DNA of 62,791 nucleotides, filler included, from Ionaspis alba (Eukaryota): assembly GCA_964255285.1 (NCBI GenBank). It is 4 parts of 4 records of this genome, joined end to end, with 100 filler letters (N's around TTAATTAATTAA, not from the genome) between each part and the next. Parts side by side here need not be neighbours in the genome. Positions count along the whole stretch, not along the records: positions 31,512 to 47,111 come from CAXUUL010000369.1; positions 47,212 to 62,791 come from CAXUUL010000370.1; 2 more parts are not named here. One strand, 5' to 3'. The notes beneath the pieces are model-generated. The model saw only the letters and a program-made list of their open reading frames with translations. It was not told the DNA's origin and ran no database searches. The translations under genes were made by a program, and so were the position numbers. The stretch's first letter is position 1. The number at the start of each line of letters is the position of its first letter. Shown piece after piece: positions 37,823-51,689 of the stretch.

Positions 37823-37828
37823 CACGTG
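37823..37828. promoter_or_regulatory. Candidate Pho4/NUC-1/PalcA-type E-box (CACGTG) upstream of phoD
   Basis: Perfect CACGTG about 340 bp upstream of the phoD ATG. The function is inferred from known fungal PHO regulation. Confidence 0.35.
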
Positions 37829-38783
37829 GAGATCTCCGATGCCTCTCATTGGTTTCCATGTTGTTTTTCGCCGGCGGGGTACCTTGTATCCACAGGGACG
37901 GGAGTTGCATCGTCAGGCACAACTTCTCCGCTAAGAGAGAAGAATATCAATGGTCTTGTGGTCGCAAGGGGGTTTACAGCTTTTTCTGTCTCATTCAGTG
38001 CGGAGCAAAAGTCTCTGTTTGAGGGAGAAATGGGAAAAGCAGTATTATTGAAGATTCGCGGTCCTTCATGGTCAAATGCGACAGACCCGTTGGTCTCCCT
38101 CCCCACGTTCCGTAGCGGGAGGATTCATCCAATCGCAATCCCTGCCCGATCCTCCCACTTTGCGTCCGACCGTGAAGCCTTTCTTAGAGGAGACGCAGTC
38201 AGAAAGACTAAGCATGCTTTCCTCCCAGTCTCAGCGGTGAAGATTGAATAGCCAAAAAGCCAAGATGCTTCCAGCCTTCTACGAAACCCGTGAACTGTCA
38301 GCGGAGCAGCAACGCCTCCTCCACGCGAACCTTTTAAATTGGCTTGGTACCAGACGTGGATTATTCCTCGTGGCGGGCTGGAGTCCTCAGACTGTGCCTC
38401 TTTTGGATTTGGGGGCGTGATCAGTCGAGCTGCTCGGACGGTTCACCTATGAGGGCGGCCATTCTTCAGCCTCAGATGGCTGTCAGACTGCGCCATCGTT
38501 CGCAGGAGCATGATCATGTAAGAGCTGAAGTCTTGGGAGCAATAGAGTTGCGGGAGTATATGAACACGCTGTAGCACCAGCTTGTCGGGTGTTCACTCTC
38601 CACTCTATGTTTAAGTCGTGTGATTTCCTTTTCTACACTGGACTTCGAGTTCTGAGTCGTTCTTGCGATCAAAGGACTTCCTATATCAAGGTACTTCGTT
38701 GTTGTTACACTACCACTATTTCGAGGCAACGAAAAGGCTCTTCCTTCTCTGTCGATCCCCCTTCTGTACGAAGAGCGAGTACC

Positions 38784-40403
38784 ATGGCCGAGAACAAGCA
38801 CAAGCGTTTGATAGTGGCATGCGATGGTAACAATCTGCCCCTGTCTTCGAGTACTATCGGCTGTTGCATTGCTAACCCAGGCTAACAGGTACATGGATGG
38901 TAAGCACGTCGTCGACAGTTGGCAGGTAGCTGCAACTGGCTAAGTCTTACCAGGATAGTGACAACGGTTTTGAGAAAGATTCTATGTTACCATGGAAGAA
39001 AGATGGCCATCTCCAAGTCCCTTCAAACGTCACTCGGATAGTCCGTGCCCTCCGTTCCGAGGCCGCAGGCGACATCCCTCAAGTTGCGTACTATGAATCT
39101 GGTATTGGGACGGAGAACAGTGTCTATGACCACGTGATCGGTGGTGCAACTGGTCTGGGAATGTCCGAGACCATTCGGTCAGGCTACAACTTTCTCGCAA
39201 CAAACTACGAGCCAGGAGACGAGATCTTTCTGATTGGCTTCTCTCGGGGTGCTTTCACTGCACGAAGTATTGCCGGCTTGATCTCGTCCATCGGGCTGTT
39301 GACCAGAAAGGGCTTGGTTGATTTCTATCCAATTTTCAAGGATTGGGAAAACCAGCTTCAAGATGACTACAAAACTCTGTGGCCAGACCAGCCATATGCC
39401 AATAGACCAAAGATCACAGATCCATCATATTCAGCCAAGCTCAAAGAGGTAGGTTCTATACTGTTGTTACTCCTTGCGGATTTATTCTCATGCTGACCTC
39501 TACCAAAGCTGGGGTTGACTAGGCTCAACATCCCTATCAAAGCAGTTTGTGTGTGGGATACAGTCGGTCAGCATCCACCAAGTGATCGAAGAAGTCCTCA
39601 CCTACTAACACCCATTTCCAGGTTCCCTCGGTATCCCCGATACTGGTCTCTGGCCCAAACCCGTCTCCGAATACGCCTTCGTCGACACCGCCGTCTCCGC
39701 CAATGTCGAATACGCCTTCCAAGCCCTCGCTCTCGACGAACACCGCAAGCCCTTCTCCCCCACCATCTGGGAGAAGCCCGCCGGCCAAGTCCTTCCCAAA
39801 GTTCTCAAACAATGCTGGTTCCCAGGCGTACACTCCAACATCGGGGGCTCCTACCCGGACACCGGCATCGCGGACATCACCCTCGCATGGATGATGTGTC
39901 AATTGCACCCGCTCCTCGAGTTCGATCCCGATTATCTGAACTGGCAGCAGCAACTTCACACCGCCTATTACGGCAAGCTGAAACCGCCACAAGACCCCCG
40001 ACCTTGGGGAATGGGTAAGCTGTATAATTCTAAGACCGGTTTTCAGCGCCTGTCTGGCACGGCGATCCGTACGCCCTCACAGTACGTTGCCGCGAATCCC
40101 AAAACCGGCGCGCCGACAGGTCGTAGGTTGAGAGAGACGAACGAGCATGTGCATATTAGTGTCCGAATGCGGCTTGCACTGCACGGGCTTGGGACGGAAG
40201 ATGCGCCGAAGTATGAGCCCGAGGCGCTGAAGGATTGGAAGCTTGGTCGTGGGCAAGCTGCAGGTAGAAGTGGGTATTCGTGGACGAAGAAGGATGAGAA
40301 GGGAGTGTTGTTGGAGATGCCGGAGGATGGGTTGGGAGATATGGAGATTGAGCTTTTGGAGAAGAGTCCGGACATATATAAGCAGGTCATGGCTGATCGA
40401 TAA
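38784..40403 (+). CDS. DUF2235 (Tle1-like alpha/beta hydrolase) protein
   Basis: KRLIVACD|GTW (11-nt micro-exon at ~38889-38899), SNVTRI, IFLIGFSRGAFTARS, VWDTV|G, ALALDEHR and WFPGVHSNIGG are present. Confidence 0.9.
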
Positions 40404-40696
40404 TTCCGATGATTGGATGGAGATTTCTGTATTGATTTGGAATATGGGACGTGTAAGTCACGGCTGGCGTATTGGGCTTTGGATTGTCGGAGTCCCTACT
40501 GGTGGTATTCCTTTCCACATATTGGTGACAGTTTTTCTGATTATATTATTGGAGCTCTTTCCGTACTCAAAACATACCATTTTCTTCGTCAATCACTCTT
40601 AAATCATGCTGTCTATATGACCATCCATGTATAGATCTACCTCTTGCCTTCTCTATTTATATCATCCTTCCAGCATCCATCCTCTGCACACCTCGC

Positions 40697-41753
40697 CTAC
40701 TGCCCCTCCACCTTCCCCTTCACCAAACCCTCTAACATCCCCTTCCCCTTCTCCTCCTCAAAATCCGGCCTCGGCAACTCAAAACCCTCCACCAACCTCC
40801 CATACGTGATACCGCCCAACCTACTAATCGGTCTCAGAACCCCAGGATCCACCAAATTCCTCTCCTCATTAATCGCATCCTCACGCACCCAAAACCTTGT
40901 CCCCTCCACAATCGCCATAACACCCGTCTTCTTCCCCGGCGTCGCCCGCGACTCAAACTCTTTCGTTTCGACCAGCTTCCCTTCGACGCAAAAGATAGCC
41001 TCCTTGACGCGGGATGCGGCAACAGTGCTCGAGGGCGCGGGGTGGAGTCCGCTGATGGCCCATTCGGAGACGCCGTAGGGAGCGTTGATGGAAGTTGCGT
41101 TGGCGGCTTCGGCGAAGTGCTCGGAGATCACATTGATGGTGCATTCGCGCGTGGAGACGAGGTTCCGCAGGGAGTCTTTGGCGTTGGAGAAGCCGCCTGC
41201 GTAGCCTATTACGAAGAGAGGAGGGTCCTGGTGGGTGGGTTAGCGTTGGCAATGGGGGGCCACTGAAAGGAGGGTAAATGGTACGTGGTTGATGACGGTT
41301 GTGTAGCTGAAGGGTGCGAGGTTGGTTGTTTGACCTGAAGAAGTTCTCAGCGATCAAATCAGCGAATCAATTGCTCATTGTTCTGAGTGATCCGCACTCA
41401 CCATCCTTCGACCTTGTACTCACGAACCCAATAAACCGGGGTATAATCGCCGAAATCAACAACTTGTAATTGAATGCCGCAGGTCTCCCCTCCTCGTACG
41501 GATCAATCTCCACGTGCTCTTTCTTCAAGCTCGCACCTTCGTCATTGCCTCCCTGCCCCGGCTTCCAATTGGGATCTTTGGTCTTGGAGAACTCCCACGG
41601 ATGGTCTTCCCACTTTGGACGGGAGCCTTCAACTTTCTTAAAATCCGGGTGTGGGTTGCGTTTTATCTCTTTCTCGGCATCAGCGCGGTGTTCGTGCTCT
41701 ACCGCCGTGGCATCTTCCGCGCGTTGCTCGTCGTCGCCAAAGTTCTTGGTCAT
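40697..41753 (-). CDS. Flavin reductase-like FMN-binding protein (DIM6/NTAB family)
   Basis: NYKLLISAIIPRFIGFVSTRS, TNLAPFSYT, KDSLRNLVSTRECTINVISEHF and LRPISRLGGITYGR are present. Two introns. The start could lie further upstream. Confidence 0.88.
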
Positions 41754-42308
41754 GGTTGAGGAGGAGTGGTTTCTAAAATGGCGAGCTGGAAGAGGCCGAG
41801 AGAAGGGGGACTCGAGGGCGCTAGAGATCGTGAGTTAGTGATTACCTTGCCTTATAGCAGTACGAGGTTGTTGTACCGAGATATCCTTGCGATTATGGCG
41901 ATGTTCACTGTTTTTATCGGCATTGATTACGTCCACAAATTTGAGGGGATCCGGACGAGGGGCCACGGATATTAGCCGGAGTTTACAATTGTCTTGTTTG
42001 GCTACGTCATTGATGGAACTGGCAATGCCATGTAGACATGCACTCGACGGCGGTCATGTGCATTTCATCAATGGGAAAAGAATTCAGATAGAGACGTAGA
42101 GCCTGTTTAAACCAAGTTCCGTAGTAACGAAATATGTATTTTGTAGTTGGAGCTCGGGAGGAGGCCTTGTAATGCAGAGCCGGTATGAGGGGCTCTAGGG
42201 CTTATCGACAACAGGCGGGGTCGAGGATCAACAAAAGATCTTGCTACAATATCCTTTAGATTCCCAATTCATCCGTTGTGTAGATATTTTAGGATTCACT
42301 GATTCAAG

Positions 42309-43748
42309 ATGAGCGATTACGAGACTTACAAACTAGGTGACTGGGATCTCCAATCTGGGGAGTCCATCCCAGATGCGCATATTGCGTACAAGACTTTTGG
42401 TGATCCCAAGTCTCCCGCGATAGTCTATCCAACATGGTATTCTGGAGGTACTAAACAAACCAAAACATTGCTTGCAAGCAACATATACTGATCACTCTCA
42501 GCCATTGCCGATAATGTTTGGCTCATTGGAGAGGACAAAACCCTGAGTCCCAAAGATGTATCGCAACCCCCATCCAAACTCGAGTCAAGAAAGTCAATTG
42601 ATCCTCCTTAGTACTTCATCATAATTCCGGCCTTGTTTGGCAACGGCCAGTCTTCCTCGCCCACAAACCATCCAACAGCTAAACCATTCCCCAATGTGTC
42701 TTTCTATGACAACGTTCGAGCACAGCATAAACTGGTGACCGAGCATCTTGGTATCAAGCACCTACGAGCTGTGCTCGGGTGGTCTATGGGTGCAGGCCAG
42801 GTCGGGCACCCGAGCTTTGAAGGTCCCGCAGTTGATGCTAATATCGCAGATGGAACGGTAGACCTACCAATGGATCACACAATATCCAGACATGGCGGAC
42901 CTCGCCGTCCCATTCTGCGGATCTGCCAAGACTTCTATACACAACCAGGTCTTCCTCGAAGGAGTGAAGAGCGCAGTTCTCGCTGCGAAGGGCCGCACTT
43001 CTGCAGGGTCGGGTGCGGGTGCGATAGCAGTGAAGGACGAGAAATATCGAACCTGGACGGATGAAGAAAAAGATGTTGCGATGAAGGCCTTGGGTAGAGT
43101 CTATGCTGGATGGTAAGATGACTTCGAGGACTGGAAGAGAATTGATTCTGATGAGCTTTCCAGGGGATTCAGCCAAACCTTCTATCGCGAACGATTGCAT
43201 GAAAAGGTATACGGATTCCCAGACCTGGAGTCCTTCATGGTGGAGTTCTGGGAGGCTTGGGCTTGCTCGAAAGGTATGTCGGATCGTGGTAGTCCCACTG
43301 CCTCGTGAACATCGGTTGATGCATCAAGATCCGGAAAACATGTTGGTCATGCTGCACACTTGGCAGACTGGAGATTGCTCCAAACAGGAACCGTATAATG
43401 GCGACTTTGAGAAATCGATGAAAGCCATCAAGGCAAGAACACTGGTACTACCAGGACAAACGGATCTTTACTTCCCGTAAGTCAAGTGAATCAAACGCGA
43501 ACACTTCTGCTGACAAGCTGTGAAGACCGGAAGACTCGGAGATCGAAGTGGCAAACATGACGCCGGGAATAGGGCAGCTTGACGCTTTCCCTGGTCCTTG
43601 GGGTCACTGGAGCGGAGGTCCGCCTCCTCCGAAGGGGAATGATAACCTCAAGTGGTTGGATGACCGTTTACGAGAGTTTTTCTCATATGGTACCAAGTTT
43701 TCTGAAGGAGTGTCGAGGCTCTCAATCAACGATGAAAGTCTTCACTGA
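42309..43748 (+). CDS. Homoserine O-acetyltransferase-like alpha/beta hydrolase (MetX fold)
   Basis: Nucleophile elbow VLGWSMGAGQ, FGNGQSSSP, acid TDLYFP and His WGHWSG are present. About six introns. Confidence 0.88.
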
Positions 43749-44350
43749 TTGTACCTCGCTAAGCATTTAGCACAGAGAATTTCCACAGCCATTATGGAGA
43801 CTGAGAATCAAGCCTAAAAACGTACAGTTCCTGACCATAGTTTCCAGTAGTATAGTACTTCATTCTTTACGACTGTTTTCGAAATTGTCTCAGCGTCAAA
43901 GGTCGGCAACCAAAGCCGCAATTTAGTTGCAACCCGCTGAATGTGCCCTAAACCTTGGGTGTGGGGCGTCCTCCAGTTGCTCCAAATTGTCCATTTCCCC
44001 GTAATTGGTGGCACGAGTCCTTTTGGTTTGCTAACCTTTTGGCAAGCCGTGTCGCTACCAAATTCAAGTGGTTTCGGGAACTGCAGCAATGCCAAGCCAT
44101 ACTAGACAGCAGTGAACGGACCAATCACATCCATCGTTAAATGTTCTTGTAATAGGCATTTTGTTTAAGCATCACATCACCATCGGCCAGGTGAGAACCG
44201 ACCGTGGAGTGTTGGTAACTGCAGTAGAGCGCTAGTGAGTCAGTGCTGAGGAACGACGGGTCATTCTTCACGCGTCCTCTCACCCATCGGTCACAGTCTA
44301 GCTCAAACACGCCTCTAGCTTCTACGAGCGTACTCACTGCAGCAGCAACC

Positions 44351-46598
<2,248 letters not shown>

Positions 46599-47111
46599 TA
46601 CGAGATGCAATGGTGCCGTGCGATATCATCCTCCCCGCCCAGAATCCCTCGCGCTGTTGAAGGCTGAGAAATCATAGCATCCGCTTTGGTATCCGCTCCG
46701 GGTACCTTCAGTGTGAGAGGGCATCCCGAAGGTCCCCTTGGCTTGCCTACCATTGATTGTCATGCTACCCAGGACTGACTGACCATATATACGGCTTAGC
46801 ACAGCTTTTTCATAAGTGAGAGTGCAGACCACAGCCAAGCAACTCACAGCTTCTTCGAGTCACGGTGTGATGAGAGCGAAAGACAGGCAAAGTGCTGGGT
46901 CAAGATGACTCCTAAGCCACAACAGCAACGCCCTTGTTCGCAGCCACCAAGATGCTTCTGCTGACAATTTGCAGCTTCGATACAAGAGTAGAACGGAAGA
47001 GGATAGGTCGGCTTTGAGCTGGGGAATGGTTTCTTCTAGCATCGTGTTCATATGAGATCACAAAACTGTATTTAGAACCAAAAATAGAAATGGATTTCCA
47101 CGAGTCTACGG

Positions 47112-47211
47112 NNNNNNNNNNNNNNNNNNNNNNNNNNNNNNNNNNNNNNNNNNNNTTAATTAATTAANNNNNNNNNNNNNNNNNNNNNNNNNNNNNNNNN
47201 NNNNNNNNNNN
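47112..47211. other. Artificial scaffold-joining spacer
   Basis: N44-TTAATTAATTAA-N44. Confidence 0.97.
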
Positions 47212-48929
47212 CCTTCACGGTGGTGAGTGTCCCGAATGCGCATGCAGGACAGCCATCACCATCCTCGAGCTTCACAAGATCAACACACGAAGATTTCGAG
47301 GAAGACTCCTCAGTTTTCCGTAATCCACTCTGAGAGACGTATTGGACAGTCATCTCCTTCACAGTATTGAGCGGTATCTGGTAGTCGTAGACCTGTCGCC
47401 AGCGGAACGGACGCTCTATAACGCCCTTAGAATTTGAGCCATTCGAGTGACTATCCTTAACAAGTTGCACGGCCTCTTCGACTGGTAGACCAAGCGAGTT
47501 TGATTCACTTTGTCCTATGGAGAAGTCGATATCCTCAAACACATTCTTCAGAGCATGAAGATTTACACTCGCAGGTCTCAAATGCTCGGTGGAATTCGAT
47601 CTCGTATGCAGCGGGATGATGGCCTGATAGAATGTTTGACGGTCAACACTAACCCCAGTCCACACCTGTACATCCCAGTCGTCTTTTGGCCTAGATAGGA
47701 CCAAGGTTTCCGGCTTCAACACGCGGTAATGACCTGTATCGTAGGCAAAAATCTTCGGCTTCTTCTGCCCTTTCATGGCAGATGGAGCTCGTCGCGTGGC
47801 CACTTCTTCATTGGCAACGTACTCACAAGTATTACATCTCATGATATTGTCTTCTCCCTTCTGTGACGGTAGATGATACTCATGGCTGAGATCGCCTCCA
47901 ATACTGCCTGAGCTGGCTGCAGCAGACAAGATTGGAAGCTTCAAGTCCTGGAAGAAAGCGGAGTAGGCATGCCGTGCTGTTTCATATGCGTGCAGTGCTG
48001 CTTCCTTGGTGGCGTCAAAAGTGTAGAGGTCTTTCATCAAAAATTCCCGTGTCCTCAATAAGCCTTGACGGGGCCGCGGCTCGTCCCGATATTTTCGAGC
48101 TGTGTCTGTCAATCGTTGCCACTATCAAGACCCGTTGAATGAGCGTACTGATCTGATAAAGCCGAAGGGGAAGTTCCCTGTAAGAATGAACAGCTTCGCC
48201 AACGATGGAAGTGATTTCTTCTTCGTGAGTTGGTGATAGTAGGTACTTGGCGCCTTTTCGATCTTCAAGACCAAACAGCTATAATGTTTCACCTTAGCTT
48301 TCAGTTCACTCACGGCATTCGCTCGTTTTTACCTCGGACTTTCCCTCGACCCAACGACCGGACTTCTTCCACAGCTCCTGTGAAGAAAATGTGGAGAGCG
48401 ATAATTTAGAGGCCCCTATTCGATCCCTTAGTCTAATTAAGCATTCAATCGAAGTAAATGGGCTGACCAAGCTGTCTCATGTGCTTGTCAAGCAGGCTCT
48501 CGATCTTCTCCTGGACTCTCAGTCCCAGAGGAAGAAATTGGAAAAGACCTGAATGAGCCTTTTCAGATGCTTAGCGATATGCAAGAAGCGCCACAGTATC
48601 GAGAACGTACTTGACGTATATAGCCTGCCCGTATCAAAGTTGAATGCGAGTCTTCTATATCGACTTTAGAGATGTGGCGTGGAGAGAGTGGACGCGCCAA
48701 CCTTGCACACCCGCCTCCCTAGCTCCGCCATAGGTAGGCGTCCAGATATTAGATAGTCGTTCTCGGCCATCCCTCTGTAGATCCAATTAGACTGAGAAAT
48801 CCGGGAAGGGTAGATGTGCCTCACGTGGATAAATCGCGCCTGACAATTGATACTAGAAGGGATTTTGATTGTGCAAAATTGAGTAGAGTGAAGTCCATAT
48901 AACCCTTGCCAGCGAAAGAGTGAATGCAT
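47212..48929 (-). CDS. Mitochondrial prolyl-tRNA synthetase (Aim10-like); 3' truncated at scaffold end
   Basis: Class II motif 2 RKYRDEPRPRQGLLRTREFLMKDLYTFD, GSIGGDLSHEYH, YLLSPTHEEEIT and FLPLGLRVQEKIE are present. The first exon is presequence-like (MHSLFRWQ...). Confidence 0.9.
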
Positions 48930-49522
48930 TCAAAGACAGTTATTGTTGAGAAGCTTGTAAAATATGTACAAAGACATGTGCTATCGCATCTACCACATTG
49001 ATCTAGTGGCAACCTTTGCTCTGGCAATAGTTAGCCACCGTAGCATCTCAGGGGTCCAGTTCTCCATGGCACCATAGTCTAAACCTCAAACCAGATCGCC
49101 AAGCACGCGCTGAGTGCAAAATGAAGGCGAAAATGATACAAAGTTCTGGTGTCCGATTTACCAAAATGGGAGAGGCATCGCTTAGTCACCTAGCTCCGTT
49201 GCTGCAGGTGACGGAGTGTCCAGAACCGAGACCAATTCAAAGGTTCATGTGCAACCAATTGCTGCACACCATCATCCCAGCGACTTGTAACAAGGTTGCC
49301 CGACAATCTACAGAGACACTGTTGTTCTTTTTCCATCATTGTCGCAATTTTTGCATCGCCGAATCACCTACTAGTCTCTCAAAAATCGTCCCTCTGTGTT
49401 TGATTGGAAAGTCAACAAAGTACTTGCCCCGCCGAGCCTCACCGATCAGATTTCGGCAGAACAACAAGTACAACTGGAACAATACACTGCTCTGATCATT
49501 GCATGACCTCGACCACTTCGAG

Positions 49523-50371
49523 ATGCGCGCATCCGCCGCCTTGCTTTCTTTCCTCCTCTCCATCGCAACGGCAACCTCCCCAACGCCCATCGCCTATCCC
49601 TTCGTCGCTCCTATCGCCCAACAATCTTCTACACCCAGCAATGCCTTCCTCGAGCTGTTCCGACGGCAGACGCAAGGCAGCTGTCAGATAGGCTACCTTG
49701 GTTGCTCGAACCTAGGCCAACCCAATGTCTGCTGCAACGCAAACAGTATCTGCACACCCGATGCTGCAAACCATGTCGCCTGCTGCCCCAACGGGGCATC
49801 GTGTACTGGAACTATAGGCTCTGGAGCTACTGGAACTGGAGCTACAGGAGGCGGCTTCATCTTCGGCAGTGCGACAACCGCCAATGGCGCAACGAGTACA
49901 AGCAACCTCCTCTTCCCCTCATCGACGACGGCTGCCGTGGCTACACCTACAATCACAGCTGGCCCCGTCAGCACGGTGGCCGGAGCCCCTTATCCTTTTG
50001 TCTACATCCCAACCTCTTTCGCGAACGCGGCTGTCTGCTCCTCCTACTACACATCTTGTCAGTCACAATTCTCATCATGCACAGCCTCATTAGGTGGAGG
50101 GGCAAATGGCGTTACGGTCTCAGGAGGTGGAGTGGGCATAACGGTTCAGGGGGCAACGGCTACGGGGTCGGCGGCTTCTATTTGCTCGAGCTTGAGTACC
50201 CAGGCTTGTTACAATTTGCAACCGAGCAATTGTCCTCAATTTGGAACTGCAGGGGCGACTGGCTCGGGAGTTATTGTTAGTGTCAATTCTGCGGGCAGAG
50301 GTTGTGATGGAGTTAGGTATGGAATTGGAGCTGGTGTTGCCATTGGTCTGGCTGGACAGGTGCTGGGATAA
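49523..50371 (+). CDS. Probable GPI-anchored, Cys-rich and Gly/Thr/Ser-rich cell-surface protein
   Basis: Signal MRASAALLSFLLSIATA, two Cys clusters (8 Cys including two CC pairs; then 6 Cys), a Thr/Gly linker and a C-terminal NSA...YGIGAGVAIGLAGQVLG resembling a GPI signal. Confidence 0.82.
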   Translation: MRASAALLSFLLSIATATSPTPIAYPFVAPIAQQSSTPSNAFLELFRRQTQGSCQIGYLGCSNLGQPNVCCNANSICTPDAANHVACCPNGASCTGTIGSGATGTGATGGGFIFGSATTANGATSTSNLLFPSSTTAAVATPTITAGPVSTVAGAPYPFVYIPTSFANAAVCSSYYTSCQSQFSSCTASLGGGANGVTVSGGGVGITVQGATATGSAASICSSLSTQACYNLQPSNCPQFGTAGATGSGVIVSVNSAGRGCDGVRYGIGAGVAIGLAGQVLG

Positions 50372-51345
50372 GTCGATTGTGGAGATCAATACTGGTTGAA
50401 GGTAGGGGAAGGACGGAAAGCTCCGGGTGGTCGGATGGACCACAGACTTTTCTCCGTACTACGAGGGTCTTTCTGCGACGCTGGGAATGTAACACAGTGG
50501 GACAGGCTTTTTTGGACATAATTAAAAGAAAATGAAGGCAGAAGAAGCATAAGGGATCTGTCCTCATAGCGATGGGGTTTGCTTAATATATATGGCCTTC
50601 TGACTAAAAAGCCCATACACAGAGAATTTTCATTTGTGGATGGTCAAGAGGGTGCAACTGCATATCAAATCTTCTTTCCACGATCAACTTACTTGCAAGC
50701 ATGAGCCTTCCTTTGTCTCATTCAAGTCGATCGAATTGTATCACAGGTCTTGGCAATTACATGGCGATGATTAGAATTGTGATCCGTGCACTCGCCTCCC
50801 TTCCCCTCGTCCATCCTTGTCCTCTGGCCGAAGCATTAATATTGTAACTCCCATCATTTTGTCTCGCCGCGCTCCCACAGTTCCTCCTACTGCAATCGAA
50901 GCTCCCAGCGATAGATATCAGTGAGTCATCCTATAGGTGCTCTGGCCATGAGGTCGAGACAAGAGCGCCCGAAGTTCTGCTATCCAGTCCTCCACCACGC
51001 GTGTGGATTGCTCGCAGTCCACTGTTAACCATAATCACTGATTCTGGGATGAACTGTACCGAGTAACCTCTACAACAAGCTCAATACATACCATGTGTTC
51101 ATTGGGATCAGGTGCTTAGACAGTCAATTGAAGATATCGTACCATTCCTAAAATACACAAAAAAATCGCAAGAATTAGAAGAAGTGGAACAAGAGGTGCA
51201 TTTGCTTGCAGCGACGGAAATACATGCAGTCAATACACTCGTCACTACACCTCTGCCTTTGCAGTGCCTCTAAAAGCTCGGTACTGGTACCATGAGCTTT
51301 GTTGCCTTTGACACTCGACCTGCGACGTGTACAACAACCTCTCGG

Positions 51346-51689
51346 TCATGAGCTTCCATTGCCTAGGAAGCTGTCAGCCATTGTATCGGATACCATGTCC
51401 TTAGAAGACGAGTGATCGTCTGGGCCTCTTTTGTGCTCTCGATCCTTTACTTACCTTGTCTGTGCCTCTCGACTTCCAATCGTCTCCAATGTTCTTCCCA
51501 ATTGTTCAAATACTGAGCTGTGGCTTGTTCGTGAGGTTGATTTAGCTGCCCGCTATGTCGACTACCAAGTGATGCATTGAGTTTGTCAACTGCACATGTC
51601 TGTTGTTGTTGGCTTTGTGAGGGCTGGATTGTCGGCGCAAATGGAGCCCTGGAGCCGTTGTGATGATACGAGGGCCGTCTGGAACCCAT
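51346..51689 (-). CDS. Putative small orphan protein (~83 aa, 2 exons)
   Basis: The ATG ORF ends at a perfect G|GTAAGT donor (51454). A 92-nt intron with GCTGAC branch and TAG acceptor (51363) leads to a short final exon GNGSS*. Confidence 0.45.

Noticed and set aside
38784..40403. Horizontally acquired bacterial T6SS Tle1 effector
   Set aside because: The gene has several spliceosomal introns, and DUF2235 proteins are common in fungi.
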